Notes: a model not told the origin generated them from the sequence alone. Positions 18,211-29,062 are shown, counted from the stretch's first letter. The stretch is 43,033 bases of DNA from an uncultured Pseudomonadota bacterium (GCA_947165335.1 CAMVAB010000002.1:1-43033), one strand, 5' to 3'. A program made the numbers and translations.

Positions 18211-19506
18211 ATGCAAATGAACGATACTGTTTTTGCCCTATCAAGCGCACCTGGAAAATCAGGCGTTGCTGTTATTCGTATAAGTGGCAACGATTTATCC
18301 GCACTTTTCAAACGCATTATAAAAAAACGAGATTTCAAATCACGCCATGCGTATTATACCAATTTCAAAGATGATAACGGCGATTTAATTGACCAATGTG
18401 TCGCGATGTTTTTTGCCACGCCAAATTCTTTTACAGGCGAAGATGTTATTGAAATCTATTCACATGGATCACCAGCTGTTATAGATAAAATCTTTGAATT
18501 TTTGCGCACCAAAAAATGCAGAATTGCAAATCGCGGTGAATTTTCACAACGTGCTTTTTATAATAATAAAATGGATTTAACCGATGTCGATGGTTTGATT
18601 GCCCTGCTTGACGCACAAACAGATAAACAAAGACAGAACGCATTAAAATCTTTAACTGGTCGTGATTCAGCCATATATAAAAATTGGCGCGATGATATGA
18701 TTGAAATATCTGCATACGCTGCAGCTATTCTTGATTATGATGCTGACGATTTACCAAAAGACATCGATAAAAAAATATTAAAACAAACTGAAAAATTACT
18801 AGATGAAATCAAATCTAATTTATCAAATGTAAAATCAACGCGCGCAATTCAAAATGGGTTTAATATAGTTTTGGTTGGCGAAACAAATGTTGGTAAATCA
18901 TCTATCTTTAATAAGCTCGTTGGTTCAAATCGCGCAATCGTTTCTGATATAGCCGGCACAACACGTGATGTTATATCCCAACAAATAGATATAGATGGAT
19001 ATTTGGTAAATTTATCAGACACTGCCGGTATTCGTGAAACAAATGAAGAAATTGAAAAGATTGGAATTGAACGCACACATAACGAAATTGAAAATGCTGA
19101 TTTGATTTTATATGTTTATAATAAACTACCGAAACAAATCAAAGACAATGGAATAACAATTATAAATAAATCTGATTTATTAAAAGAAAAAAATAATAAA
19201 AATGTAATTTATACTTCCGTAAAAACAGGTGATGGTTTTGATGAATTATTAAATGTGATTAAAACCAAAATGCACGAATTGATGGAAGGCGCCGAATCAA
19301 AATTGTCCGTCAATGAACGCACCTATGAATTATTAAATGAAGCAGTCAATGAAATGGAAAATGCCATAAATAAATACAATGGTAATTATGATATATTTGC
19401 CGAACATATAAGACGTGCCGGCGATGCCATTGGCAAAATATTGGGTGTAATTACAACAAACGAAATCGCGGATGCAACATTTTTACGACTTTGTCTTGGA
19501 AAATAA
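18211..19506 (+). CDS. mnmE: tRNA modification GTPase MnmE (TrmE)
   Basis: DTVFALSSAPGKSGVAVIRISG, G domain GETNVGKSSIFN / DTAGIRET, C-terminal RLCLGK. Confidence 0.9.
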   Translation: MQMNDTVFALSSAPGKSGVAVIRISGNDLSALFKRIIKKRDFKSRHAYYTNFKDDNGDLIDQCVAMFFATPNSFTGEDVIEIYSHGSPAVIDKIFEFLRTKKCRIANRGEFSQRAFYNNKMDLTDVDGLIALLDAQTDKQRQNALKSLTGRDSAIYKNWRDDMIEISAYAAAILDYDADDLPKDIDKKILKQTEKLLDEIKSNLSNVKSTRAIQNGFNIVLVGETNVGKSSIFNKLVGSNRAIVSDIAGTTRDVISQQIDIDGYLVNLSDTAGIRETNEEIEKIGIERTHNEIENADLILYVYNKLPKQIKDNGITIINKSDLLKEKNNKNVIYTSVKTGDGFDELLNVIKTKMHELMEGAESKLSVNERTYELLNEAVNEMENAINKYNGNYDIFAEHIRRAGDAIGKILGVITTNEIADATFLRLCLGK

Positions 19507-19514
19507 AAAACATT

Positions 19515-19544
19515 AAAAAAAGCCGGCAAATGCCGGCTTTTTTA
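19515..19544. terminator. Bidirectional rho-independent terminator (GCCGGCAAATGCCGGC core)
   Basis: A7-GCCGGCAAATGCCGGC-T6 between convergent mnmE and acyl-CoA ligase 1. Confidence 0.75.
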
Positions 19545-21122
19545 TTCTTTTCTATCAGGATATTTACCATCTATCAAATTCTTTCGAACAAGATGATGTT
19601 TTACTTTTTGTGTGCTTGTCATTGGTAAATCTTCTGTTGTCATCGCAAAGTGCGTCACCCATTTATATGAAGCAACTTTCTTGTTTTGATTTGCGATTTC
19701 AGCAGCTAATTTTTCAATTGTCATTTCAGGCGATACTTGAAACACACCATAAGCAACAGTTTTATCACCAACTTTGTGTTCAAATACAGCAACATTTTTG
19801 ACACCTTCGATTTCGATGAATAAACCTTCCAATTCATCTGGATAAACATTTTTACCAGAATCTAAAACAATCACTTGTTTTTTACGTCCAGCAAAATGTA
19901 ATTCGCCATTTTTATCCATATACATCATATCGCCAGTATTAAACCAACCGTCTTGATCAAAAACTTCGTTGTTTACTTCTGGATTATTCAAATATCCGTT
20001 AAACACCTGGTGTCCACGAACCCATAATGTCCCAACACCATTTTCATCTTTGTTACGAATATCACATTCATTATTAGATGTTGGTGCACCAATAGAATAA
20101 GGTAATCTTTTGTTTGTTGGTTTAGAAATACAGATTGGTCCAACTGTTTCTGTTAAACCATAACCTTGAATAAAAGCAAGCCCGAGTGATTCATAAAAGT
20201 TTTCAACCTCCGGTTTTGTTGCAGCACCACCAGCGATTAACAATCTTGCACGACCACCAAATACTGTAAGCAACGGTTCTTGGACTTTGCGAACAAAGAA
20301 ATCTAATCCCATATCTTTTAATGTTTTTTGGTTTTTCAAAATAAATGATGCGACACGCCATTTGTTTTGTTCTTTCATAGTTGCAACAATTTTATTACGG
20401 AACAATTCCCAAACACGTGGTACCGCAGGTATAACATGTGGTTGGAATTTTTTGAAATCATCCAATATATATTTTGGGTTAACTGTTGGTTGTAAAACAA
20501 GTGATGCACCATAATGAACAGTTGCTAGAATACCGATAGCAAAACCAAAGATATGGTACAAAGGCAAAAACCCATACATCACATCACCGGAATGAAAATA
20601 TTCAGACATATCTTCCAATGAATTTGCACATTCTGTTAAATTAAAATGTGTTAACGGAACAACCTTTGGTGTCCCTGTTGATCCGGATGTAAAAGACAAT
20701 GTTGCAATATCTGTTGATTCAGACGGATATGCCCTTAAATCATAATCTATATCGCCATCTTTTTTGGTAATGTCATAAAATTTAAATTTGTCCGTTTTAT
20801 AAAAGAACGAAGGTTCAGCACAAACAAATTTACATCCGGCAATTTCACACATTTTGTCATATTCAAGTGCCGTAAGATTTGTATCTAACATTAAAACTGT
20901 TCCACCTAAATACCATACAGCAAACAAAGTTAATGGAAATTGTGGTAAATTATGAGATAAAACCCCGACAACATCGCCATGTTTTATTCCCATTTTATTC
21001 AATGTCGACGCGCGCGCGCGCACCTGATCCAAGAACGCGGAATACGTTATGTTTTCTCTAGCCAAGAAAACAACTTCTGGCCATTGGGCAACTGCATTTT
21101 CCAATTTTTGATACATATTCAT
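19542..21122 (-). CDS. AMP-dependent long-chain acyl-CoA synthetase/ligase (COG1022-type), paralog 1
   Basis: TSGSTGTPKVVPLTH, QGYGLTETVGP, GWFNTGD, GRKKQVIVLDSGKNVYPDELE. The start is set at MNMYQ (21122) by alignment with the two paralogs. The tracked ORF extends 12 codons further. Confidence 0.8.
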   Translation of the reverse strand: MNMYQKLENAVAQWPEVVFLARENITYSAFLDQVRARASTLNKMGIKHGDVVGVLSHNLPQFPLTLFAVWYLGGTVLMLDTNLTALEYDKMCEIAGCKFVCAEPSFFYKTDKFKFYDITKKDGDIDYDLRAYPSESTDIATLSFTSGSTGTPKVVPLTHFNLTECANSLEDMSEYFHSGDVMYGFLPLYHIFGFAIGILATVHYGASLVLQPTVNPKYILDDFKKFQPHVIPAVPRVWELFRNKIVATMKEQNKWRVASFILKNQKTLKDMGLDFFVRKVQEPLLTVFGGRARLLIAGGAATKPEVENFYESLGLAFIQGYGLTETVGPICISKPTNKRLPYSIGAPTSNNECDIRNKDENGVGTLWVRGHQVFNGYLNNPEVNNEVFDQDGWFNTGDMMYMDKNGELHFAGRKKQVIVLDSGKNVYPDELEGLFIEIEGVKNVAVFEHKVGDKTVAYGVFQVSPEMTIEKLAAEIANQNKKVASYKWVTHFAMTTEDLPMTSTQKVKHHLVRKNLIDGKYPDRKE

Positions 21123-21184
21123 ATTAAACCTACCTTTCTTTATTCCATCGCTCGGCACTTTCGTGGCCGGCGACGAACTATATT

Positions 21185-22765
21185 TTATTCATGTCTTAAT
21201 GTATACTTTCCATCTATTAACCATTGATGAACAACGTGATGTTTGATCTTCTGGGTGCTTGTCACTGGCAAATCATCTGTTGTCATTGCAAAATGTGTCA
21301 CCCATTTGTATGACGCAACTTTTTTATTTGCGTTCGCAACTTCTGCAGCTAATTTTTCAAGTGTCATACCTTCTTCAACACTGAATACACCGTATGCAAC
21401 TGTTTTGCTACCTATTTCATGTTCAAACACAGCGACACTTTTTACGCCTGGGATTTCAATGAACAATCCTTCCAATTCGTCAGGATAAACATTTTTACCT
21501 GAATCCAAAACAATCACTTGTTTTTTACGTCCAGCAAAATGTAATTCGCCATTTTTATCCATAGACACCAAATCACCTGTACAGAACCAACCTTCTTTAT
21601 CAAAAGATTCTTTGTTGGCTTCTTCATTGTTCAAATAACCATTTAATATTTGGTTTCCACGAACCCACAACATGCCTATTCCAGATTCGTCTTTGTTGCG
21701 AATTTGTATTTCTGTATCACCCATTGGTGCACCAAACGCGTATGGAACACGTTTTTTGAGCGGTCTTGAACAACAGATTGGTCCAACAGTTTCTGTCATA
21801 CCGTATCCTTGAACAAAAGCCATCCCCAGTTGAGTATAGAATTTTTCAACTTCTGGTTTTGTTGCAGCGCCCCCAGCAACCAGCAATCTTGCACGACCAC
21901 CGAACACAGCACGAATTTGATTCAAAACTTTATCAACCAATTTACTAAGTCCGATCTTACGCAACCAATTTTGATTGTTCATAACGAATGATACAATACC
22001 CCATTTTTTCTTTGCTTTAATTCCGTCAATAATCTTTTTACGGAATATTTCCCACAACTTTGGCACAGCAGGTATAACCTGAGGTTTATATTGTGCAAAA
22101 TCTGCCATAATTGCATTTGGATTTATTGTTGATTGCAACAATATCCCCATACCAAAATGAAGTGGTGCTAAAAATCCTACTGCAAAACCAAACACGTGGT
22201 ACAGAGGTAAAAATGCATAGAACATTTCACCCGGTTTTAACCATTGATTCAAATATTCTAAATTATCAGAACAAGAAATCAAATTAAAGTGTGTTAACGG
22301 CACAACTTTTGGAGTTCCTGTTGATCCAGATGTGAAAGACATAGTTGCAATATCACTATCTTTTAATGGGTATGCTTTTAAAGATTTATCTACTTTGTCA
22401 TCTTTAGTTTCTATATCAAAAAATTCAAAATTTTTTGTTTTATAGAAAAACGATTTTTCAGCGCACACATATTTGCAACCAGTAATTTTTGTCATATTAT
22501 CGTATTCAATAGCGGTTAAATTTGTATCCAACAATAAAACCTTGCCACCCAAGAACCATATTGCAAACATAGTTATTGGAAATTGTGGTAAATTATGCGA
22601 TAACACACCAACAACATCACCTGCCTTTACCCCCAATTTATGCAAAGTCGTTGCACGTGCTTTTACTAAATCTACAAAATCTTTAAAATTTACATTTTCG
22701 CGAACCAAAAATATGGTTTCTGGATTTCTTTTAACATTTTTTTCTAACAATTGATACATGTTCAT
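21185..22765 (-). CDS. AMP-dependent long-chain acyl-CoA synthetase/ligase, paralog 2
   Basis: Same motif set. 526 aa, collinear with paralogs 1 and 3 over the full length. Confidence 0.8.
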   Translation of the reverse strand: MNMYQLLEKNVKRNPETIFLVRENVNFKDFVDLVKARATTLHKLGVKAGDVVGVLSHNLPQFPITMFAIWFLGGKVLLLDTNLTAIEYDNMTKITGCKYVCAEKSFFYKTKNFEFFDIETKDDKVDKSLKAYPLKDSDIATMSFTSGSTGTPKVVPLTHFNLISCSDNLEYLNQWLKPGEMFYAFLPLYHVFGFAVGFLAPLHFGMGILLQSTINPNAIMADFAQYKPQVIPAVPKLWEIFRKKIIDGIKAKKKWGIVSFVMNNQNWLRKIGLSKLVDKVLNQIRAVFGGRARLLVAGGAATKPEVEKFYTQLGMAFVQGYGMTETVGPICCSRPLKKRVPYAFGAPMGDTEIQIRNKDESGIGMLWVRGNQILNGYLNNEEANKESFDKEGWFCTGDLVSMDKNGELHFAGRKKQVIVLDSGKNVYPDELEGLFIEIPGVKSVAVFEHEIGSKTVAYGVFSVEEGMTLEKLAAEVANANKKVASYKWVTHFAMTTDDLPVTSTQKIKHHVVHQWLIDGKYTLRHE

Positions 22766-22794
22766 AATTTTATCCTTATATCTATTACAACAAA

Positions 22795-24375
22795 TTATTC
22801 ATGTTTATTTGTGTACTTACCATCTATCAGATTTTGACGAACAGCATGATGTTTTACCTTTTGTGTACTGGTCATAGGCAAATCATCAGTTGTCATTGCA
22901 AAATGTGTTACCCATTTATATGAAGCAACTTTCTTGTTTTGATTTGCAACTTCTTTTGCTAATTTTTCAATCGTCATATCTTTATCAACACTAAATACAC
23001 CATATGTAACAGTTTTATCTTTAACCTTGTGTTCAAACACAGCGACATTTTTCACACCTTCAATTTCCATGAAAAGCGCTTCAAGTTCATCTGGATAAAC
23101 ATTTTTACCAGAATCTAAAACAATCACTTGTTTTTTACGTCCAGCAAAATGATATTGTTTATATTTATCCATGTATACTAAATCGCCAGTGTTAAACCAA
23201 CCGTCTTTATCAAAAGAATCTTTATTTGCTTCTTTGTTATTAAGATATCCTTTGAAAACGTTTGGTCCACGAACCCATAATGTTCCAACACCTGTTTCAT
23301 CCATATCCCTGATTGTGCATTCAGAACATCCAATGGGAGTTCCAAAAGCGAACGGCACACGATGTTTTGACGGTCTTGAACAACAAAATGGTCCAACTGT
23401 TTCGGTCATACCATATCCTTGAACAAAAGTTATACCCAAAGATTCATAGAAACTTTCAACTTCTGGTTTTGTTGCTGCCCCACCCGCAATCATTAAATTG
23501 ACACGGCCACCAAAAATATCTTGTAATGGTTTTTGAATTTTCTTAACCAGCCATCCAAAACCAATTTTTTTCAAGAACTTTTGATTTTTAAGAACAAATG
23601 ACACAAACCACCACATATGTTTTTCTTTGATACCTTCTATAATCTTGTTACGAAAAACTTCGTAAAGACGTGGCACCGCAGGAATACAGTGTGGTTTATA
23701 AGTTTTGAAATCATCCAAAATATTTCTTGGGTTAATCGTTGGCTGCAACAAAATACCCATATGAAAATGCAATGGTGCCAAAATTCCAGCAGCAAAACCA
23801 AATATGTGATAAAGTGGCAAAAATCCATACATAACTTCGTTTTTATGTATCCATTTTCCCATATCTTCATAGTATTCTGATGAACTTATCAAATTGCCAT
23901 GCGTCAATGGAACAACTTTTGGATTGCCAGTTGACCCAGATGTAAACGACAATGTCGCAATATCTTTTTCGGTTAATTTTGCAGGTTTTAATTTCGCATC
24001 TGCCGCCCCATCTTTTGTTTCAATATCAAAGAATTTGAAACCCTTTGATTTATAAAAGAAAGATTTCTCAGCACATACCAATTTGCACTTAACCGTTTTG
24101 GTCATGTTATCGTATTCAAAAGGTGTTAAATTTGTATCCAACAACAAAACTGTACCACCCAAATACCATATCGCGAAAAGAGTCAGTGGAAATTCAGGAA
24201 TATTGTGTGACAATAAACCAACCACATCCCCAGCTTTTACACCAATTTTATGTAAAGTTGTTGCCCGTGCTTGAATCAAAGACAACGCTTTTTTGAAACT
24301 GATTTTTTCGCGTACCAAAAACAAAGCATCTGGTGATTCTTTCACCACTTGCTTTAACACTTGATACATGTTCAT
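22795..24375 (-). CDS. AMP-dependent long-chain acyl-CoA synthetase/ligase, paralog 3
   Basis: Same motif set (TSGSTGNPKVVPLTH, QGYGMTETVGP, GWFNTGD, GRKKQVIVLDSGKNVYPDELE). 526 aa. Confidence 0.8.
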   Translation of the reverse strand: MNMYQVLKQVVKESPDALFLVREKISFKKALSLIQARATTLHKIGVKAGDVVGLLSHNIPEFPLTLFAIWYLGGTVLLLDTNLTPFEYDNMTKTVKCKLVCAEKSFFYKSKGFKFFDIETKDGAADAKLKPAKLTEKDIATLSFTSGSTGNPKVVPLTHGNLISSSEYYEDMGKWIHKNEVMYGFLPLYHIFGFAAGILAPLHFHMGILLQPTINPRNILDDFKTYKPHCIPAVPRLYEVFRNKIIEGIKEKHMWWFVSFVLKNQKFLKKIGFGWLVKKIQKPLQDIFGGRVNLMIAGGAATKPEVESFYESLGITFVQGYGMTETVGPFCCSRPSKHRVPFAFGTPIGCSECTIRDMDETGVGTLWVRGPNVFKGYLNNKEANKDSFDKDGWFNTGDLVYMDKYKQYHFAGRKKQVIVLDSGKNVYPDELEALFMEIEGVKNVAVFEHKVKDKTVTYGVFSVDKDMTIEKLAKEVANQNKKVASYKWVTHFAMTTDDLPMTSTQKVKHHAVRQNLIDGKYTNKHE

Positions 24376-24445
24376 AACATAAAATCCTTGTTGTTTTTAT
24401 ATTGGACAAGGTATATTATAGTATTATAAAAAAAAGATTGCAAAT

Positions 24446-25219
24446 ATGAAAATACTAACTCTGAATATAAATTCTATACGCGCCCATATTGAAAGTTTTA
24501 TGGATATTTTACGCAGAAACGAATATGACACCATACTTGTCCAGGAATTAAAGGTCGAAAACGCCAATTTTCCATATAATTTATTGGATGAATACGGATA
24601 TAATATCAAAGTCTTCGGTCAAAAATCATGGAACGGGGTCGCTACTTTTTCAAAACATTCCATTGAAGATGTGATTATGGGTATGCCAAACTATCCTGAT
24701 ATAAATGCCCGTTTTCTTGAATCTGTAATTAACGGTCATTTGCGCGTAATAAATGTATATATGCCAAATGGCGACTGTATTGAATCACCAAAGTTCCCAT
24801 ATAAATTGGATTGGATGCGCAAATTCACACAATATATTTCACAATATATCGATTCCGAAGAACCAGTTATTATTGGTGGCGATTATAATGTCGCTATCGA
24901 AGATCGTGATATTTGGAATCCTAAAAATTATATCGGATCGTCCATTTCTGCGCCTGATGCGCGCGATATTATGAAACAGTGGCTTGATATGGGTTGGATT
25001 GATGCATGGCGCGAATTACACCCCGATACAAACGAATATACATGGTATGGATACCGCGGTCGCGATACTGTTGGTAATAACCAGGGTTTACGCCTCGATT
25101 ATTTCCTTTGTAATAAGCGTGCGGCAAAAATGATTAAAAATTGTGAGATAGATAAAAATCCACGCTTGGCCGACAAACCAACTGATCATTGTGGATTGGT
25201 ATTAGAAATCAAAGATTAG
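24446..25219 (+). CDS. xthA: Exodeoxyribonuclease III
   Basis: MKILTLNINSIRA, ILVQELK, GDYNVA and C-terminal SDH-type motif PTDHCGLVLE. 257 aa. Confidence 0.9.
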   Translation: MKILTLNINSIRAHIESFMDILRRNEYDTILVQELKVENANFPYNLLDEYGYNIKVFGQKSWNGVATFSKHSIEDVIMGMPNYPDINARFLESVINGHLRVINVYMPNGDCIESPKFPYKLDWMRKFTQYISQYIDSEEPVIIGGDYNVAIEDRDIWNPKNYIGSSISAPDARDIMKQWLDMGWIDAWRELHPDTNEYTWYGYRGRDTVGNNQGLRLDYFLCNKRAAKMIKNCEIDKNPRLADKPTDHCGLVLEIKD

Positions 25220-27684
25220 TCATCAACACGTGCCAAATCATCATATTCATGATATTTTGCGCCAACACTTTCGCGATATTCATAGGCCGCGATTTTATCT
25301 GTGCTATATTGTCCAAATAATTCTTTAATTTTTTGAACACTCGCATCTATCATAGCCTGCGCTTCATCATCTTTGTATTCAAATTTTTGAACATCGCCTT
25401 TCTTTAATTGCAAAAATTGTAAAATTGGAATATTTGATATATTTTTAACCAGAAAACCACCCGACTGCATTATATATCCTTCTAACGGAATTTGTGGCAT
25501 AGTCGCATCCAATAATTGTTTTTTTGTTGGTGCCGCGCCCGTTTTAATATCTGCAACAATACCGTCCATAACCATATCAGCACGCGCACGAACATTGCGT
25601 CCTGCGATTTTAACAACACCAGATATTTCTTTATACACTTTCTTCTTGTCTTTGAAATATTCTTCAAAAAATGGTGCGATTTCACAAAATCTTTTATGCC
25701 AGAAATAGAACAAAATTGAATTTGATTCTAATTCTTGCTTTGCGCGCGCATCCATTTGTTCAATTAAACTGTCAGCCGTATAATCAGTTGCTTTTTCAAT
25801 TACATCATGAACAATCGTTCCAAATTTACGCGCATCTGGCAAAACCCAATAATCATCTAATTTTTTCAATCTTAAAATATGTTTAACATAGAAAGCATAC
25901 GGATTATGTATCAACAATTCAAGTTCAGTCACATAAACATCGCTTTTATCAATTGGTGGGGTTGGCGCACTGTAATCAAGTGGTTCGTATTTTACATTAT
26001 CAAGTGCACGCACAGATTCTAAAACATCTTTTGCTTCGATTATATCAGAACACGCAACACGAATACGTGATAAAAATCTTGATTCTGTTGTTAATGCGCC
26101 GCCCGATTGTTTTGAACGCAACCAATATACTTCCTTTGCACAAGATAATGTCATAAAATCAAGCGCCATTAGAGACACCTTGCGATTTGGCGATGGCAAT
26201 CCAATTTTGGTCGCAACATCACGCGGCAACCAAGCATTCTCGTATCCCAATGCTGAAAACATACCTTCATTAAGACCAGTCAATATTATTACATCAGCAG
26301 TTTGCATACGCGATTCAATAGTTCCCAACACGCATACATTACAATCATCTTTTTTATTTGGTCGTATTGTGACACTCCCAATAGCGTCCATAACAAAAGC
26401 ACGTGCATCGAAAATATTTAAAACAATATCATTGGCACATAAAATATCAGACATATTTTTTATACTCTGCCAAATTGGGACATCTTGTTCATTTTCAACA
26501 ATAAAATCAGGTTTTAATTCATATTCGTCTGATTCAATCACAGATACCAACATATCAAATAAATTATAATTATGTGATGCATATAATTCTTCAAATTCAG
26601 TTTTTTTATTTTCAATCCACCAATCAAATAAATTTAAAATACTGCGTCCCAAATCTGTCATAGTCCCAGATATACCAGATGAAAAATCGGCATTTATTCC
26701 AAAACGCAACATTTCTGTTTTTATTCTTTGATTAGCAGCCGCATCAGGCGTTATCACCAATACAGATTTATTTTGCGCAATGGCGTTTTTTGTAATTTGT
26801 GCAACTGCGCGCGCTTCTTCACTTTCGCGTGCACATTCAATCAATTTACAATTTGTTAATTTTGTTTTTATATGTTCGCCGCTGTTACCAAATGCAATAT
26901 TCATTATATCTATGACATCGTTTTTGCCAACATCCAAAACATTTACATCGTTAGGCGACAAATCCAATCTTTGTAAAAATTTGTATTCACTTTTATATGG
27001 ATTTGTATCTAATTTGAAATCGTCAATATTTCCAGAAATCTTTCCAGACAGAATTATTTTACCATATACTTTGTTTGCTATCGCACACATTAAATCAGCC
27101 GTAGCTGGCACAGATGCAGTCGATCCACAGACAATTACGCAATCGTATTCGTCTAACTTTTTTATCCAATTTCTAATATCATTATTTCGTTGTTGGGTTG
27201 ATGTTAATTTATCATTTGGTAATTGTTTCAATATATCAAGTATGCGTGCTTTATTTTGAAAATGATTTGCATATTTTTCATCTATTATGGACGACCAATT
27301 TATATCAGCAATTTTAATACCTTCGTTTTCAAGATAATCTTGCATACGAATAAAATCACGTGCCAGCGGCAACGCGGTTGCAATATTTTTTACATGCGCA
27401 TCCATAGATAACAATTTTGCAAGAACAATTATCCTTTCTTGGTTTGATACAGAATCTATTTCTTCTTCTTCTGTACCAGCACCTAATGGAATTAAATGTG
27501 GCAAAAGAACGCTGTGTTCTATTTTATCTACAATCATTTTCTCAACACTTCGCACAGCACGATTAGACGGTAAAAAAATCAACACGCGTGAAAAATCAGT
27601 TTTGTATTGCGATATCATTTCCCACAACGCATCCAGTATGCGCGTTGGATCAGACACACAAAATACATTTTTATTTAACACCAA
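25216..27684 (-). CDS. addB: AddB-like double-strand break repair nuclease (PD-(D/E)XK C-terminal domain)
   Basis: VIVCGSTASVPATADLM resembles the alphaproteobacterial AddB signature. No Walker A was seen in the N-terminus. C-terminal RADMVMDGIVADIKTG is a RecB-type nuclease motif. 822 aa. No addA gene is adjacent. Confidence 0.6.
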   Translation of the reverse strand: MVLNKNVFCVSDPTRILDALWEMISQYKTDFSRVLIFLPSNRAVRSVEKMIVDKIEHSVLLPHLIPLGAGTEEEEIDSVSNQERIIVLAKLLSMDAHVKNIATALPLARDFIRMQDYLENEGIKIADINWSSIIDEKYANHFQNKARILDILKQLPNDKLTSTQQRNNDIRNWIKKLDEYDCVIVCGSTASVPATADLMCAIANKVYGKIILSGKISGNIDDFKLDTNPYKSEYKFLQRLDLSPNDVNVLDVGKNDVIDIMNIAFGNSGEHIKTKLTNCKLIECARESEEARAVAQITKNAIAQNKSVLVITPDAAANQRIKTEMLRFGINADFSSGISGTMTDLGRSILNLFDWWIENKKTEFEELYASHNYNLFDMLVSVIESDEYELKPDFIVENEQDVPIWQSIKNMSDILCANDIVLNIFDARAFVMDAIGSVTIRPNKKDDCNVCVLGTIESRMQTADVIILTGLNEGMFSALGYENAWLPRDVATKIGLPSPNRKVSLMALDFMTLSCAKEVYWLRSKQSGGALTTESRFLSRIRVACSDIIEAKDVLESVRALDNVKYEPLDYSAPTPPIDKSDVYVTELELLIHNPYAFYVKHILRLKKLDDYWVLPDARKFGTIVHDVIEKATDYTADSLIEQMDARAKQELESNSILFYFWHKRFCEIAPFFEEYFKDKKKVYKEISGVVKIAGRNVRARADMVMDGIVADIKTGAAPTKKQLLDATMPQIPLEGYIMQSGGFLVKNISNIPILQFLQLKKGDVQKFEYKDDEAQAMIDASVQKIKELFGQYSTDKIAAYEYRESVGAKYHEYDDLARVDD

Positions 27685-28225
27685 TTATTTCCTTTAATTC
27701 ATCAAGACCAAATTTCTTTTCAGCCGATGTTTCTAAAATCTTTTCAAGCATAGCAGGATGATTTTCATGTGATAAATCTGTTTGAATTTTTTCACGAACA
27801 CGTTTGTCTTTTTTAGTGAAAACTATTTGATAACAAATACCGTTTTGATCACAAAAATCCATTAAATCAAGATCAGAATCTTTTGGTCCTATTCTTGAAT
27901 CTATTAAAATAAATAAACGACGTAACTGTGAACGATTTAATAAGTATTCTTCGAGTCGTTTTAACCAACGCATTGCATCCGCTTTTGATACGCGGGCAAA
28001 ACCATATCCAGGCAAATCAACTATCATTGCTTTGTCATTAAAATTGAATAAATTTAAACTTTGTGTTCGTCCTGGTGTGTTTGATGTGCGTGCAACTTTT
28101 TCACCCAACACAGCATTTATCAACGATGATTTTCCAACATTACTGCGCCCAACAAAAGCATATTCTGTAAATGCTGTATTTGGCAAAGATTTAACTGTTT
28201 CAAAAGATCCGACAAATTTAATCAT
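27671..28225 (-). CDS. engB: Ribosome biogenesis GTP-binding protein EngB/YihA
   Basis: EYAFVGRSNVGKSSLINAV, DLPGYGFA, TKKDK. It overlaps the addB-like start by 14 nt. Confidence 0.9.
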   Translation of the reverse strand: MIKFVGSFETVKSLPNTAFTEYAFVGRSNVGKSSLINAVLGEKVARTSNTPGRTQSLNLFNFNDKAMIVDLPGYGFARVSKADAMRWLKRLEEYLLNRSQLRRLFILIDSRIGPKDSDLDLMDFCDQNGICYQIVFTKKDKRVREKIQTDLSHENHPAMLEKILETSAEKKFGLDELKEIIGVK

Positions 28226-29013
28226 TATTTATTCACCAATTTTTTATATGCTTCTTTTTTTGAAATCCCCGTACGCGCTGCTAACTCTGCCGCAGCTGAT
28301 TTAGTAGAAGAATTTGAAACTATGTCATTCACGATTTCGCTGATTTCATCATCTGTCATTTTCTTATCAGGTGCAGGTGCAACCACAATAACTATTTCAC
28401 CCCGTGGTGCCTCTATATTCACTAAATCAGCAGGATATCCAATTATTGTTTCTTCATGAATTTTTGTAATTTCACGAACTATTGCAATTTTGCGCTCTGG
28501 CATAACAGACGCCAAAGTTTTAATTGTATCCATTATACGATTTGGACTTTCATAATAAATAATTGTGTGACGAATTTTATTATCATCACGAACCTTCTTT
28601 TCATCAAAGAACCCTAGAAAAGAAAACCTGTCTGTTGGAAAACCAGATAACACCAGCGCAGATATAGCAGCCGTTGGTCCCGGAACCATAAACACCCGAA
28701 CACCTGCTTCACGTGCAGCACGCACAATACGAAAACCAGGATCACTTATCCCCGGCATACCGGCATCAGATACAGTTGCTATTGCCAACCCTGTTTGTAT
28801 TTTTTCAATCAAAGAATCAACAACTTCGCGTTCATTATGATCATGGCACGCTACTGCTTTTGTTTTGATATTAAAATGATGAGCCAATTTTGCGAACACG
28901 CGTGTATCTTCGGCTGCAATTAAATCAGCATTTTGTAAAACTTCCACCGCCCGAGGTGATAAATCAGATAAATTTCCTATTGGTGTTCCAACGACATAAA
29001 GCCCTGATTGCAT
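28225..29013 (-). CDS. rsmI: 16S rRNA (cytidine1402-2'-O)-methyltransferase RsmI
   Basis: MQSGLYVVGTPIGNLSDLSPRAVEVLQNADLIAAEDTR, DAGMPGISDPG. Start set at ATG 29013; the tracked ORF has a 21-codon non-homologous extension. Confidence 0.9.
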   Translation of the reverse strand: MQSGLYVVGTPIGNLSDLSPRAVEVLQNADLIAAEDTRVFAKLAHHFNIKTKAVACHDHNEREVVDSLIEKIQTGLAIATVSDAGMPGISDPGFRIVRAAREAGVRVFMVPGPTAAISALVLSGFPTDRFSFLGFFDEKKVRDDNKIRHTIIYYESPNRIMDTIKTLASVMPERKIAIVREITKIHEETIIGYPADLVNIEAPRGEIVIVVAPAPDKKMTDDEISEIVNDIVSNSSTKSAAAELAARTGISKKEAYKKLVNK

Positions 29014-29062
29014 TTTAAATCCTTTTATAGTAGAATAATACATGCAAAAAGTAGGTTTTTCA

